This document shows, in pieces, positions 40,101-53,400 of a stretch of DNA of 64,000 nucleotides; within the stretch, counting starts at the first letter, position 1, and the number at the start of each line of letters is the position of its first letter. The translations under genes were made by a program, and so were the position numbers. This stretch comes from Selaginella moellendorffii (lineage: Eukaryota > Plantae > Lycopodiophyta). The notes below the pieces were generated by a model. The model was not told where the DNA came from and did no database searches. It saw only the letters and a list, made by a program, of their open reading frames with translations. The DNA lies in NCBI RefSeq assembly GCF_000143415.4, contig NW_003314291.1:1763099-1827098 (forward strand). The letters are read 5' to 3'.

Positions 40101-43100
40101 GCCGACAAGGAAATGACCAACGGAGTCAGCCACCCTTGCTGCTCTGGGAGTCACCCAGCTTATAAAAGTGTGATACGCCCCTGCCCGCAGGGACATAGAG
40201 AGAGAAGCCAGAGGCCCCAACCCTCCTAAGCAAAGAAACCAAACCCGTCGGTAAGGTTTAGATAGACTACTGTAAACAGGCAGTTAGAGTTGTTTACACG
40301 GTCACGCCCTTTCAACGGAATAAGGAACATCGACAAAGAGGCGGGTTATGTGACCAGTCGACAGTAGCTACCCCATGACTAGAGATTTCAACATGCACAC
40401 AAAGTGCCGAAGCCAGTCTGCCTTTACTGGCCCAAACTCAAAGATCAATAGATGGACAATATCAAAGTCAGAGACAATGATATCTTAGAAGCTGAATTAT
40501 CAGTGATTATATCTTAGATTAGAACACAAAAGTATTCTAAGCAATTTATCATCTGATAAACTATTAGTATAGTGCAGGAACCACCAAGATCATCATAATT
40601 GGAAAACATAGGATTCACTATCCAATAAAATTCAATAGCTAGTGTATCATCAAGAACACTTAATGATAAAACTTAACTACCAAAGATAGTAGACAGTAAG
40701 CCAACAACTTACTAGAAATAACTTAAAGAACACAAAATATTATTGACTGACAAGCACAATGCTCACGAATGTATCACCCGAAGGAAATAACATCCCAATC
40801 TATCAAAACTAACTCGAGTAGTAATCAACAAAACAGAATGAATGTGGCAAGACCAATAAACACTCGTTTATGCCAACTATCACACTAGTTAATCCGAATA
40901 GATCGTAGCCAACAACACCAAGGAACTCAAGTTGCCTAAGCAAGTGTGAGCAACATCCTATGGATGCCTCAAACCCAAGAGACCAATCCAGAGCAAACCA
41001 CAAAGAACATGTGGTATTGCAAAAAGCCAAAAGCTATCAAAGATAACAACTAACTATCATGAAAGATCATGAATCATCCTATCAATAGAGAAATGCATAA
41101 TCATCATCGAAGAAAGAATCTACTATCCCGAAGAACAGTAAATCATTCTATACCAACAATAATCAAGCAAAACTCTTGATAAGGATAATCAACTATCTTA
41201 GATGATAGTCAATCATCACCAATGATTGCTAGATGCAAATACTAACGTCAATATCGAAGCTAATGAGCCAAAATGCCTTCCCCAACATCTTCTAACAAAT
41301 GGAACAATGAGCATGAAAACTCAAAGAACCAAAAGCTCGAAGAAGTCTATAGCCAAGTCATGCCTAGCAATGATCACAAGTCTCATAAGCTAACTTCAAT
41401 GCTAAAGAAGAAATTGTGATGCAACCCACAACATCTTCCTCAACACATCCATAAGCCAAACTTCATAATGCCAAAGCTAATGAAGAGCATTTCTGCAGCA
41501 ATCCAAAAGCTAAGTATAACGAAGTTATGCTCAACAAATGATCATCTAATCAATCCTCCATGATTCCATCTATAGTCGGACATAACTCACGTCATAACAA
41601 GCACAAGAAGAATCATCAATGATCGATATATTTCAATTAAAATCCCATAAGGATTCAAATATTCCAATATCAATCACTAACTCTTCCACTTGTAGAGTTA
41701 GCATAGTCCATGACTAAACCACTTTTCAAGGAAAAGCTCAAAGCTCAACCCCTACTAAATAATCCCTTCTAGAACACAACTAACTCAAACTTGCCACTCA
41801 GTTCATTTGAACGTCAACACAGTTGCTATCTAGTAATTGTACAAATGCCAATAACACCAAGCTACAACCAAACCATCAACACTATCTTTATCGAGACTAA
41901 TGAAACTCAACATCAATCTTGCGGAGAGACATCTCATTTCACTGAAATCTCAACATCAACAATGTCAACGACAAAACATCACTTCAGTGCCACCAACACT
42001 AGAACAAAGCTAGAAGAAAGCACGAGTGTGTCACCACTCAAAGCTCTCTAGCAACCAAGCTAACCAAAGTCGGAGATACTTTACTCAGTATCCGAGACTA
42101 GTTCTTCAACAATACTCATCTACAGATAACACTTCATCAAAGAGTGAATCACCACGTCCAAGACTCAATGAAATCTAACACCACGAACTAAACACAGCCA
42201 AATGATATCGACAGAGGTAGAGTCGACATGCCAACATGGAAAACCCATGTAAGTCTAACAACACGATCCTCCGCAACCCCATTCGGTAAAGCAAGCCCAT
42301 CACTGATAAGTCTTCATCGAGTGAAGCAAGTGTCAACAATCCTTGACAAAGTCTACAAGCAATCACTAGTTGCCAAGCAACTAACCATCACTTTTTCAAC
42401 TTGCTTTCATGAGACCCAAACACTAAACTCATGTCATTTAGTCATACACTTGTCCAACATGAACGTGATACCTTCGGTATGAGATAAAAGTTCATTAACA
42501 AGCACAAACTAAATGACCACTCGAATCCAACTCAACTGCAATAAGCTCACTAATGCATTTAGCCACTAGCTCTGAGCATGCCTTGAAGAGGCTAGCTATG
42601 CATGATCAACACTCAGCTGAAACTAAAGTGAAAACCATGAGATGGATCTATATTGGTACACAACCTCCACTTATACAAAGCTATAGTACGGGTACCAACA
42701 TCTCAACTTCAAACAACCAAGTTGGACATCACTATCCTCAGCCAAGGCGCAGGGCCACCAAGACCAAGTCAAGATCAGTGAGAGCTCACTACTCTCATAG
42801 AGTCTAACAAATTGCAAGGTGCAACCTGCCACCAAGCATAACACTACAGAAGAAAGGCACAAGGGTCACCTTTCTTAGAAAAGTGCAACGGCCACTTTTC
42901 TACACTAACTCTAGACTCTATCCAACTCAATTGCCTTAGCCCCAAAAGCTAGCATCCCTTTCGGGCTGCATCATACAAACTACCTACTAAGATCTAAGCC
43001 AACCGAAGTCAACTCCAACCCCTTCACTAGTTTGTACTGGCTTTCGAAAACGGAATGGTTTTCGGACAGAGTGATCAACAGATCAGCCATTGGATAAGCC

Positions 43101-46100
43101 TAAGAAAATTTGTGGAAAATTTTCCATCCTAGAGAAAAAATGACTCTCAGTCCAGGAATACAAACTTTTAAGACTCAACCAACTTCTTCCTACTAACAAC
43201 TTCACATAGGCTCACCTCAACACAAATTCTCATGACCCATAGTATGCTTAAGCCTCGAACATCTTTTTGCCCATTCTTTTGACATCCAATACCGACATCT
43301 GCAGAATGCAAAATGAACATCTAAAGCTTGATCACGAAGACCACATCTTCGGATATTCACATTGCACTAACACTTTTCTTCAATCACTCTCAAGATCCAA
43401 TGTGAAGCCAAAACACTAGCAAGAAAAATGACATGGAAAATCAAGCTCTAAGGAAAATTCCTCATCACTTGAACAACAATGCCACTTCCACTAACACAAG
43501 TGCTAGTGATGTCAATGCCTTAACTACACACCTTCTCTATCTAACAATCTACTCCAAGTGTTAACAGATCAACTAATGAGTTATAGCAAATGCTACAACT
43601 CTTTTCCAACACCTTATGGGCCAACTCTCAAAGGAACTTAAGCTTAGTATAATGGACCACTATCGAGAATCCCGTCAAAGCTACTACAATGCTACTACTT
43701 GCAAGTAGACTAGCTTCACCATCAACCACTTTGGGGTTGATCATCATTTAACGAAGCAACTTCGTAAACATATTGCTCATTATCACATGGATATGATATG
43801 GAAATCACAATGACTTGATCATCAACTGAGCAACACCACGAACAATGTCTATATCATTACTTCAAAGGTTTACATGAATATCAAGTGCCAACTCAACTTG
43901 GCAGAATGCAACATAAATGCCACACTCTACCGATAGAGATTTACAACACCCAACACCACTAACTTTTGTTCACAACACAGACAAGCTCATGCCACTCGCT
44001 ATCCGATCAAACTCAAAACTTAACCCAACACCAAGCTACTCAAGGAGCAATAGCTAGGTTCCCCGGAAAAGAATTGAGCATTGTAACCCAAGTCTTCCAA
44101 TAGCGAGCTTAGACAAAATGGTTTAACGCTTCACCGCTATCCATCCTATAACTCACCATTTGTAAGACCATCATCTCCAACATGTATCAAGATAGGGACT
44201 CTTGATTGCATGATGTGAACACGAGCAATGAGTCACCCCTCGTTGCAAATCATCTCTCCAAGAAGAGAAGATGATTTACGTGTTTGATCCTTCGTCCCCG
44301 ACGACTCTCTTTTCGGTCTTATCTTTTGACTACACCTCAAGCTTGCTTTCGCACTGCCTTCAGTCCAATCCAAGAAAAGTTTATGAGAGAGCACGGCAAT
44401 GATTACTTGAACCAATAGACTAATCCCTATAGTCTTAGTTGATCCACTTGTAATCATGCCTAGGAAGGATCCACTAGTGCCGTGCTACACAGCTACGGAC
44501 CAGCCTAATTGCCACTCATAGCAAACTCAGGGAAGGTTTGCTTTTACCCATGGTGCATGGAACAACTCATGGAACCACCAATAGGCTAACATTAATCCTG
44601 CCAACTCAAAGTGTAACCTCGAGTTGCTAATGTGCCTCACTCACGAGCCCAAGCATAAACTCGTGTGAACGAAACATCTCAAATCCATCCTATGAACCCA
44701 AGAGCAAGCTCACATCATAAGGTACAACAAGGTAACCAAATCCATACCCAAGGGACGATTGCGAAGCCTTTGCACCCAAACATGTACCCACTCGGATCAT
44801 CGTATTCATCTCTGCGTATGCAACGAGACTAGTTGCCCAATCTCATTGTATAGTACTCGCTGAGAGTCCTCCTCTGATACCAAATGTAGCGCACGTGGTT
44901 TTGACCCTTTATCCTATGGTGATTTACCATAGGATAACACCACGAAGCGGAACCTAAACCCTCTTTGTGCCACGTGACAGATGCCACGTGTCACATGCCA
45001 CGTGTCCATGCCACGTGTCCATAGGAACCCGAAGTTCAGGGCCTTGGGCCACTGAACGAAGGAACAGTGCCAAACTCCCAAGCATGGAGCCAAGGAGTGA
45101 CGGAACCGAACCACGGAGCAACTCCCGAGCATAAAGCCCAAGGAGCGAAGGGACAGGAACCCGGAGCGACTTGGAACAGTCCTAGAGTAACCAGCATCCC
45201 AATGCCAGGACCAGCACGCAAAACGGAGCCAAACGGACTCTGGCGCTATTTCGGCATACCGGTGGCCTAACGCGAGGACATGGGTACTCCACCAACTAGC
45301 ATGGAATGGAACTTGGGCTTAGACCCAAGCCGGACGCAGAACAAGGACAGGCACGCAAGCGGGAGCTAGACTATGCCTCAGGTTGGTCGGCCATGCCCGA
45401 CCTACCCACTATCCCTACTATACATTTGGAACCCCCCACAGCCCCCCCCCCCTTGAGGAACACACGCTTTGGGCTTTCACCCCAAGCCTCCCTTAGTATC
45501 AGGAGTTAGTCTCTGGGACAAGCTCGAAACTTACTAAATATGGAATGTCCCTAGATTGCGAATTTGGACATGGGACGAACACCATTGTGTTCAGGACGAT
45601 CTCTACATTCCGTAGATATGCCAAATGAGCAAATCTGGACACTTCCCATAAATAGCATTTGGGACCGAAATGAGACCAACACAAAGGGCATGATAGCGAG
45701 GGTGTTTGGTAGACACGGTAAGCTATCATCTAACAATATTGAGGGACCAAGCTCAATATCACAGGGGTTCCCAACACTAGCAAGTGCAAGTCAACGAATG
45801 AGTTTCTCTAACCAGGTCAAGTATGCTTGACAAATAGCACGTAGGAATTCCGTCCTTATGCCCATCTGGTCAAGTGCACACGCGAAGACCAGTTTCTCAA
45901 CTAGCTTAGGCGGAGACTGATAACGGGCCCAGCAATACCGACCTCCTGCCATCGTGGCAGTAAGGTAAGAGTGTCCGTAAGGACTAGTCGACAGGTAACT
46001 TTCGATACCCGAAGTCACATGCGCGACAGGTAAGCACGTCTTTTTCTGGTCCATTTTGTCGTGGATGATGCAGAGGTAAGAGTCAAGTCTCTCCATGGAG

Positions 46101-47491
46101 AGAATCCTGTTATGATAATATGCAGTCCTGCAGCTTCTCTGCTCGATGTTGTGGTCGAGCCGCCTTCTAACCAACGTCTCTCGCTCTTGAGCGCTGCAAG
46201 AATTCTTCGACAAAGCCATTTTAATAGCAGTGCACTCGTCACACTTTGAAAAGCTGGAGTACTTTCCTATACTCACATCCCTGAACCTGTTGCTCCACAA
46301 TCTACTAAATCTAGATTGGCTCAGCTTCCTGTAGCCATTACTCTGGAGTTCCCGATTCACATCTTCCAATATGGCCCCCTTGGTATACATGGAAGGGAGA
46401 ACTCGTTGGGTGTCTCGTGTTCCATCTTCCAAGAGGCGGGTTTTATGTGGTTGCTGCTCGCTACATGTCTCGACAAACCTCTTGAAGATTGCCTCTCCAT
46501 ATACAACATGACCCCTGGTTTTGTGCGTACCGTCGTTCCCATGGACTGCCTGTTGAACCCTTTGTTCCTCGAACTCAGTTTTGATTCTGTAGAATGTGCT
46601 TCGAGGGACTCCATAAATGATTCTCCATGCCTTCATGCAGACCAAACCCCTCTGGAAGACCATGCCCCCCACCTGATGTTCTGAAGCATCAACAGATGAC
46701 CGTAATGCCTCATACACAAAATTGCGAGCTGCCTTCCAGGACAATGTCTTGTATCTTGCTCTCTCCTCTTCAATAGCATCCCAATCAGCATGTTGACAGC
46801 ACCTCCTCTTGCAACAAGCAACTGTCGAGACCATTTGAACCTCCATCGCCATTTTCTGCCTTTTCGGTTCGTTGCTCAGATCCCTTTGGCTGCGCTTTAG
46901 GAAGGTGTACTTTCTTTTCCCATGAAGAGATGTTCTGTCATCAGTTGTAGTGGTGTTTGATTGTGAATCCTTCACATTCTCAAACACTAAGTGCCTCAAT
47001 TTCCACCGCACAATGCTTCCAATAGTCAGACTGTTTTCTTCTGTGTCAACAACCTCTAAAATCGCAACTCCAATATCATCCCAGCCCAATTCTTGATTAG
47101 CAACCGCATCTCTTGGATCGACAACTGTGGCTAAGCCCTCAGCTACCACCTCCCCCTCGGGGTTGTTTAGAAACACTTTTGCCTGAATCCATGTAGCACG
47201 GTTCTTAAGATCCACGGAGGGAACATGCGTCGCACTTGCGCTGTCCCCAACATCTGCTTTCTTCTGAAGATTTTTCAAGGCAACAACAACATTTACCCCG
47301 ACGACCATCTCTCCTCGTTCAATAGCAACCACATTCCCATCGAAGACAGTCTCTACTGATACAGCAGCATTGCCTTCCCCAAGCCTTTCACAGTGTATAA
47401 CAAAGTTCCGATCCATAGACACAAGGGTCCCTTTTGCAACTCTCTTCCCACCATTCAAAATGTAAACCTTTTCCCCAACCCTGAAGGCCAT
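37114..47491 (-). CDS. Sola1-like DDD transposase (~1030 aa), split by the LTR insertion; segments 47491-46034, 38797-37201, 37148-37114
   Basis: Removing the insertion and one GGTAA TSD restores the frame: HDKMDQKKTCLP|RLNPAPKAISSSMQLPVSLF. Catalytic motifs D(K)MDQ, QTDNAGSENKN, FLMVGHTHEDVDAMFS. Also CCKRRCC, CMKAWRIIYGVPRSTFYR, KCDEC. Terminal intron 37149-37200. Confidence 0.85.
38798..46028 (-). mobile_element. Young non-autonomous (LARD-like) LTR retrotransposon inserted in the transposase gene
   Basis: Termini TGTAGCGCA...TGCGCGACA. TSD GGTAA (38793-38797 and 46029-46033). Repeats 38798-39924 and 44885-46011 differ at only 2 positions I could find. PBS TGGTATCAGAG at 44872-44882. No long internal ORF, only a GP(Y)KVL integrase trace near 43600. 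Confidence 0.9.
38881..38934. promoter_or_regulatory. Cluster of four G-box/ABRE elements in the LTR (second copy 44968-45021)
   Basis: TGCCACGTG at 38881, 38895, 38909 and 38922 (ACGTGGCA on the minus strand). Confidence 0.6.
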
Positions 47492-47857
47492 TCTGAAAGT
47501 GCAGAAAAGAAGTTAAGACCATACAAAAAATGATTGGAGAATGGCCTAAATCATAACATACCAAACAACCTCAATAGCATGAGGCCACATGCCATTATTC
47601 AAACATGCTATTGACACCCACGTGAAATTTCGCATTCACAAAATTGGCATGAGCCCTCATGCCATCTTGATATACACACAGCTGCAGGCAAGTAAAGACA
47701 TACATGACAATACGCTAGCCATGAAATTGCAAGGGCCCAAGATGGCATGTGGCCTCATGCCATTTCTAAATGTGGTCCTAAGCCATTCCATGGTGAACAT
47801 ACCAGGAAGCACAAGTGCCGAATATCAAGAGGAAGCGGTAGCCACACCAAAGACAGT

Positions 47858-47992
47858 GCCGCTCGCAACACCGCAACTACTCGTAGCGCCGCTCGCAACA
47901 CCGCAACTGCTCGTAGCGCCGCTCGCACAAACTGCCACTCGCATAAACTGCCGCTCGCAATGGCGCTCGCAATGCCGCAACCGCTCGTAGAC
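47858..47992. repeat. GC/CpG-rich 30-bp tandem repeat upstream of the transposase
   Basis: gccgctcgcaacaccgcaact(a/g)ctcgtagc x2, plus further gccgctcgca units. Confidence 0.8.
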
Positions 47993-48822
47993 GCATAAAC
48001 CACAGCCCACAACGCCGCTTACACAAGCAGCGCTCACTGCGCTCAGCGGAACCAAGAACACGGCGCACAAAAATGATAGACTTAGGAATGAGTTCGAGAA
48101 TTCAAAAATAACACACGCTTGAACGTCACATCAAATCCTCTGACAAACCAGATCTTATGATTCCTCTGACAAATTTCAAACTGAGTAGCTTCTAGACTTT
48201 GCTGTCGGAGGTTGAACTTTGTCACATCATGTCCTTGCCTCGATCCAGCTGTGCCATGTCAGTGATTCGAACTTTGCCATGCCATGTCAGCGATCCGCGC
48301 CAAGATTATTCGCCGTGTAAAGGAATAATTACGCTGTGTGTGTACGTCCATTTATGGCAATATAAGGCCACACGCCATTCAAAGAATAATGCTCGACATA
48401 AGGCCACACGCCATTCAAAGAATAATGCTAGTCGAGCATTTTTTGGTGCATTTTTGGGTTCAAAATTGCATGAGCCCACACGCTATAAAGTTTACCTGTA
48501 CCAAAAATAGAAACAGCTTTATTTACTTGGGAATTTAAGTGGTTGAGGCATTTTTAAACTTACAAACACATGCCCTACTTACATTCCTTTGGTTGCCTAA
48601 AATTCAAAAATATTATAAACCTTTCTTTTTGCATTTTCAATGTTTTCAATTATGGTTTTTGATTTTCGTAGGACCAGCCTAGTAATCTATTTGCATCCCG
48701 TCATGTTTATAGCTAGCTTTCGTTCGTCCCCTTCGCTAGCCTGAGATACATCTGCTCGGCATCTGCCTCTTACAGCATTTGCCCAGAAAGGGCATCTTTC
48801 TTCACGCAGCATTTGCCACATG

Positions 48823-48855
48823 TTTAGGGTTTAGGGTTTAGGGTTTAGGGTTTAG
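48823..48855 (+). repeat. Interstitial plant telomere repeat (TTTAGGG)4 / telobox array
   Basis: tttagggtttagggtttagggtttagggtttag. Confidence 0.9.
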
Positions 48856-50070
48856 CAATTCAGTAGCTTGATAAACATGCAAATACAGAACTTGATGCAA
48901 AATCCTTTGATATGTCACAATGCCCCTAGGACCATAAACACATTTCAATAGAGAGGGTCCTTTCATTTCATAACTCCTTACGTAGATCTTGGTGAAACCA
49001 GAGTTAGTGAAGTTAGTTTCTTGTGATCCCGCATCTGATTGTGATGTCCCTTTGCAGTTTCGATGGAAAGGTCAATGCACACCAAACTGTGAAATCTTGG
49101 AGCAAAATAACGGTCGGATCTATGGCAAATGCCCCTGAAACATTGTAAGGCTCGTGTGGTCTCATGTGGTGTCCGATTGAGATGCTTTTTTGCAGGGTCA
49201 TCAAGAAAGACATTGTATACCATTCTGTAAAATCTAGTTGCGATCTAACGGTTGGATCTCCAGAAAACTCAAAAAAATCTCGCGCGTGTCAGAATATCCT
49301 AGGAATATACTCCTATGTGCCCCTGAAAATGGCATGCGGCCCCACGCCATTCAAGAGATAATGCCAGATGACGCCGAGAATTTTTTGGTGCATTTTTTGG
49401 GTTCAAAATTGCATGAGTCCACACGCTATAAAGTTTATCTTTGCCAAATAGAGAAAAGTTTATCTGTGTCATGTGAGGTAGTTACAGTCCTTTGTGCTCG
49501 GCATCTGCCTCTTGCAGCATTTGCACTGAAAGGGAATTTTTCTCCATTCAGCATTTGGCCCTGAAAATGGCATGCGCCCACACGCCATTCAAGGAATAAC
49601 GCCACAGGACGCCTGGATTTTTGGGTTTAAAATGTTTAGGGTTTTTTGGGTTTTTTCAAAATATTTTGGGTCCAACGTTTTTTGGGTTTCTTTGGTTCAA
49701 AATTGCATGAGCCCACACGCTATAATATTGATTTGAGAGAAAAATAGAAACAGATAGAATTTCTTTATTTAGCTGAACATCTGCCATTTTTGGAAATACA
49801 AGATGCTTTGGAATATCCAATCATGCATGGTATAAATATAGCAAGGGTATTAAATGATATCCCAATCATGATCTTTCTTTTGGATTTCGCGTGCATGCAG
49901 TCCGAGGAATGATGACGTTGCGGATTTCTTTTGGATTTTGCGTGCTTGCATGCGCGCGGCAATCCAGAAATTAATGGTGGCGCCCAAGTCCGAGGAATGA
50001 TGACGTGGCGGGATTACCAACCGTTGTGACATTTCGCGCGTGTGAGGTTAGGTTTTGCATTTTGCTTTGT

Positions 50071-50247
50071 ACTCGCGCTCGCATCACACTCGCGCTCCCA
50101 CTCGCATCACACTCGCGCTCCCGCTCGCATCGCGCTCCCACTCGCGATCACGCTCACTTCTCTACAGGTTTCTCGTGTGCATCGGCGTCCACTCGCGCTT
50201 GCATCACACTCGCGCTCGCATCGCACTCGTGTGCATCGGCGTCCACT
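50071..50247. repeat. CpG-rich short-unit repeat upstream of the second Sola gene
   Basis: Repeated actcgcgctc / gcatcacact units, and duplicated tcgtgtgcatcggcgtccact. Confidence 0.75.
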
Positions 50248-50455
50248 TCAAGACACACCCAGTTTGTAACTTCGCCGCCAACTCCGCCGCCCACTCCACC
50301 ACCCACACGCAGCCCACTTGGCGTCCCGGGAGATTTCAGCACCACTTTCCAACTGTAAGTGGCAGAGTAGCCTTGCTGCTACGATCCGCTGCACACACAG
50401 TGCACATTCGCCAGCGAGTCCGGCCTCGATTGTCACGGCCTCCATTCGGCTTCAA

Positions 50456-53400
50456 ATGGTAAGTCTTTTAGACGAAGTAGAAAATGGCATGAGGCCACAT
50501 GCCATTCAGTAGCAACATTGGCATGCACCGATTGGGCTCTCGAGTGCAGTCCGGTTACAGATGGCGTGTAGCCTCACGCCATCTTAGGATGCAGCCTCAA
50601 GACATCTGATGCAGTGGTGAATGGCGTGTGGCCTCACGTTATTTCCAGCTGCTAGCTTTTCATCTGTCAGCTCTAATTGTTGTGCATTTTTGAATAGGCG
50701 AGGAATTGCGTTCTTCTTCCAGCCACTGTCAATGTGGATGCAGAGAAGGGGGAGGAGCTCACCAGTTGGACTTTCGGGATGGAAGGCGAGGATCTGATGC
50801 TGTACAACACAGATGGTGGGAGAAAAGAATGCATGGGGATCCTCATCCAAGTGACAGACACTCCATGCAGTTCCATGCAAGAATATGGACTGGCACTTGT
50901 GGTAGAGACAGCGTCCGCCTTCAAGATCCACTTTGCACATCCTAGCGGCTTCCCGGAGGGGGGCAGCGGCTATGAGGAATTCCTAGAGGGAGCTAGGGAG
51001 AGGTTGTCCAGGAGGCCCACAATTTCAAAGACGCTGCGGGTCTATGAAGATCACATGGAATCCACGGACCTCACCTACGGCGATGTTCAAAAACTATATT
51101 CCAACATTGAGCCGTTGAGAGTGCCTCCAGTTTGCGAAGCGAAGGGGAAGGGGGTCGATCTGGAAACTACCCCGAAGCAGAAAAGGGTGGTCAAGCTCAA
51201 GCCGACGTCCGACTCTGCTGCTCCAAAAAAGAAGCTACTCGGTGATGCCATTGCCTCGGGTTCGAACACTACACCCACCAAAAAGAAGAGCCGCAAAGAG
51301 CAGAAAGAGCAAGAAGAGGCAGCAAAAATCGTCGCAGATAATAGTACTTGTTACTATTCCAACAAAGTATATACAATCGACGTGAGCCATATCGAGATCC
51401 AAAGCAAATACAACCACAGGCTAGTATCTGATGAGTGGGTGGAGAAACTGAAGCAGAAGATGCTGGCAAGTCCAGTAACACCCGACATCGCAGATGTGAT
51501 CCCCTACTACCGAACAATGAAGGGCGAGACGAGGTTTCCAGACTTGATCAATAGGAAGGTGTTGGACGATCAGAACATCCGGTTCTATGCCGTCTCCGGG
51601 CAGCATTCTAGCTTGGCGATGCAACAGATAGTTGTGGATATTATGGTGGGCGAGGAGGTGAAGAAAGTCTTCAAGACAAGAGTTGTCCGCCTGATAAAAG
51701 GCAACTCGCCCCTCCGATCTATCATATACATCTCCCACGCGCAGAATGTCAAGCAAGAAACGTGCTACAAATCGGGTCTGCACGAGACATTGGCACGAAC
51801 ACGGAAGCTCTGGGTTCAACTGAAGAAGCCACAAAAACCAGGACAAGGACGTGCACTAGCAACTAGCGCCTGGCAGGTAAGCCTCGTTGCATGTGGCATA
51901 GCATGTGGCCTCACGCCATTTCCATTGCAGGAATTCTCGAGTCTTCTCTCGAAAACACTGGGGGTCAATGACACACTCAGCATCCATAACATTCTACTCG
52001 CGACAAAAGTTGTTTTTGACAAATGGGTAGATGTGCTAAGGAGGTACCATGACGGGGAGTTGCTAAACTCAATGGGTGTGGAGGACGGCCGGAAGCCCAA
52101 TGATTTGAAGCTCAACGCCTTGCGTTTCTCGCGGTCTCTAGACGACGACGACCTTCTGACAGTGGCTAATGCTCTTCTACTTGGTGAGGTAGTCTTCAAC
52201 AAGACCAAAATGACTCCCGGCCATATTGTGACATACGAGGACTTGTGCACGACTCTGAGAGCTCGTGCGCTATTGAAGGATTGGATCTTCGAGCAAGTGG
52301 CCGTGGCGAGGGTGAGCATCGACACCACGCAAGAGATGATGGAAGAGCTGGACTTGTCAAATGAAGACATCGACGAGTACGTGAAGGGGGCCCCCAAGTT
52401 CATCGATCTGCTGCGGGATGCCACGAAAAGTAAAGCTGAGAAGTTGGATCAGTATCCAAATTTCATTAAGAGGGATGTCGACCGCCGGCTTCAGAAACAG
52501 CTCGACCCCGCAGCAGAGGCCTATCGAGAACCTTACCGGGTATACGTGAATTCGGATGAGGATCAAAGGTGGAGGAGCATCGTTTCCCGCGGAGATGAGC
52601 AGGTCAAGAACATCTTTTGTGTGATGGACTTCACAAACGAGGAGATCACTCATGCAGACGAAGTCAGCTCCATCATTGACTTAATGGTGGGACTTGCGGA
52701 GGTGGAATCTTCAGTCCACTATATGATCTACGACTCCGAATCCTATCACAAGTTCTGGAAGGCCTTGAACGAGGTGAAGGCTCGGTTGAAAGGCAAGGAG
52801 ATGCGGGAGATCCATGGGATAATGGCTAAGAAGAAGATACCGACGAATGTCCGCATCTTCACAGTCGCCCTTGTTATTGGTCCTGCAGCAGAGTGGGACT
52901 GGAGTGACTTCCCAGCTTCGTTCAACAAAGCCGATCGAATTGATCTGAGGGAGGTCAATTTACCCGTGCCTGAGGAACTGAAGACGGCTATGGAGCTTTC
53001 GAATCCAAAGAAAGCTCCAGGTGCAGCATGGGAAATGCTCAGCTGGGTCTTCAACGCAATAGCGGGTGACTCCAAGGGCAAATGCGTTGTCGAGTACAAC
53101 TGCGGCGGACTATTCTTTCGAGCCGCACTACTCAAGGGTGTCCCGTGTGTTGCGGTGACAAACTCCATTGAAGAGGTGACTTCAATGGAGCATATAATTA
53201 CAGTTGCCAAAGAAAAACAGTATCTTCTCTACGAACCTGGTGAGTACGCACTTTAAGTTTAAATGTTATCTCACAAGCTCTGTATGCAGGAGCGTGGCCA
53301 CCCCCAGATGCTGAAACGGCGTTAACAGCTACTGATGTTAGGCCGAGGTCACAACCTGCACAAGGTAAGGTCACGTGAGGCCTCACGCCATTTTGATTAT

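Noticed and set aside
38827-40165. Short ORFs duplicated at 44914-45830
   Set aside because: They lie within LTR sequence, have no recognisable domains, and are duplicated only because the LTR is.
45791-46028. C-terminal ~80 aa of the 566-aa ORF
   Set aside because: Fortuitous read-through into the LTR; the true frame continues at 38797.
48823-48855. True chromosome end
   Set aside because: Only four repeats, embedded inside a TIR-bounded element.
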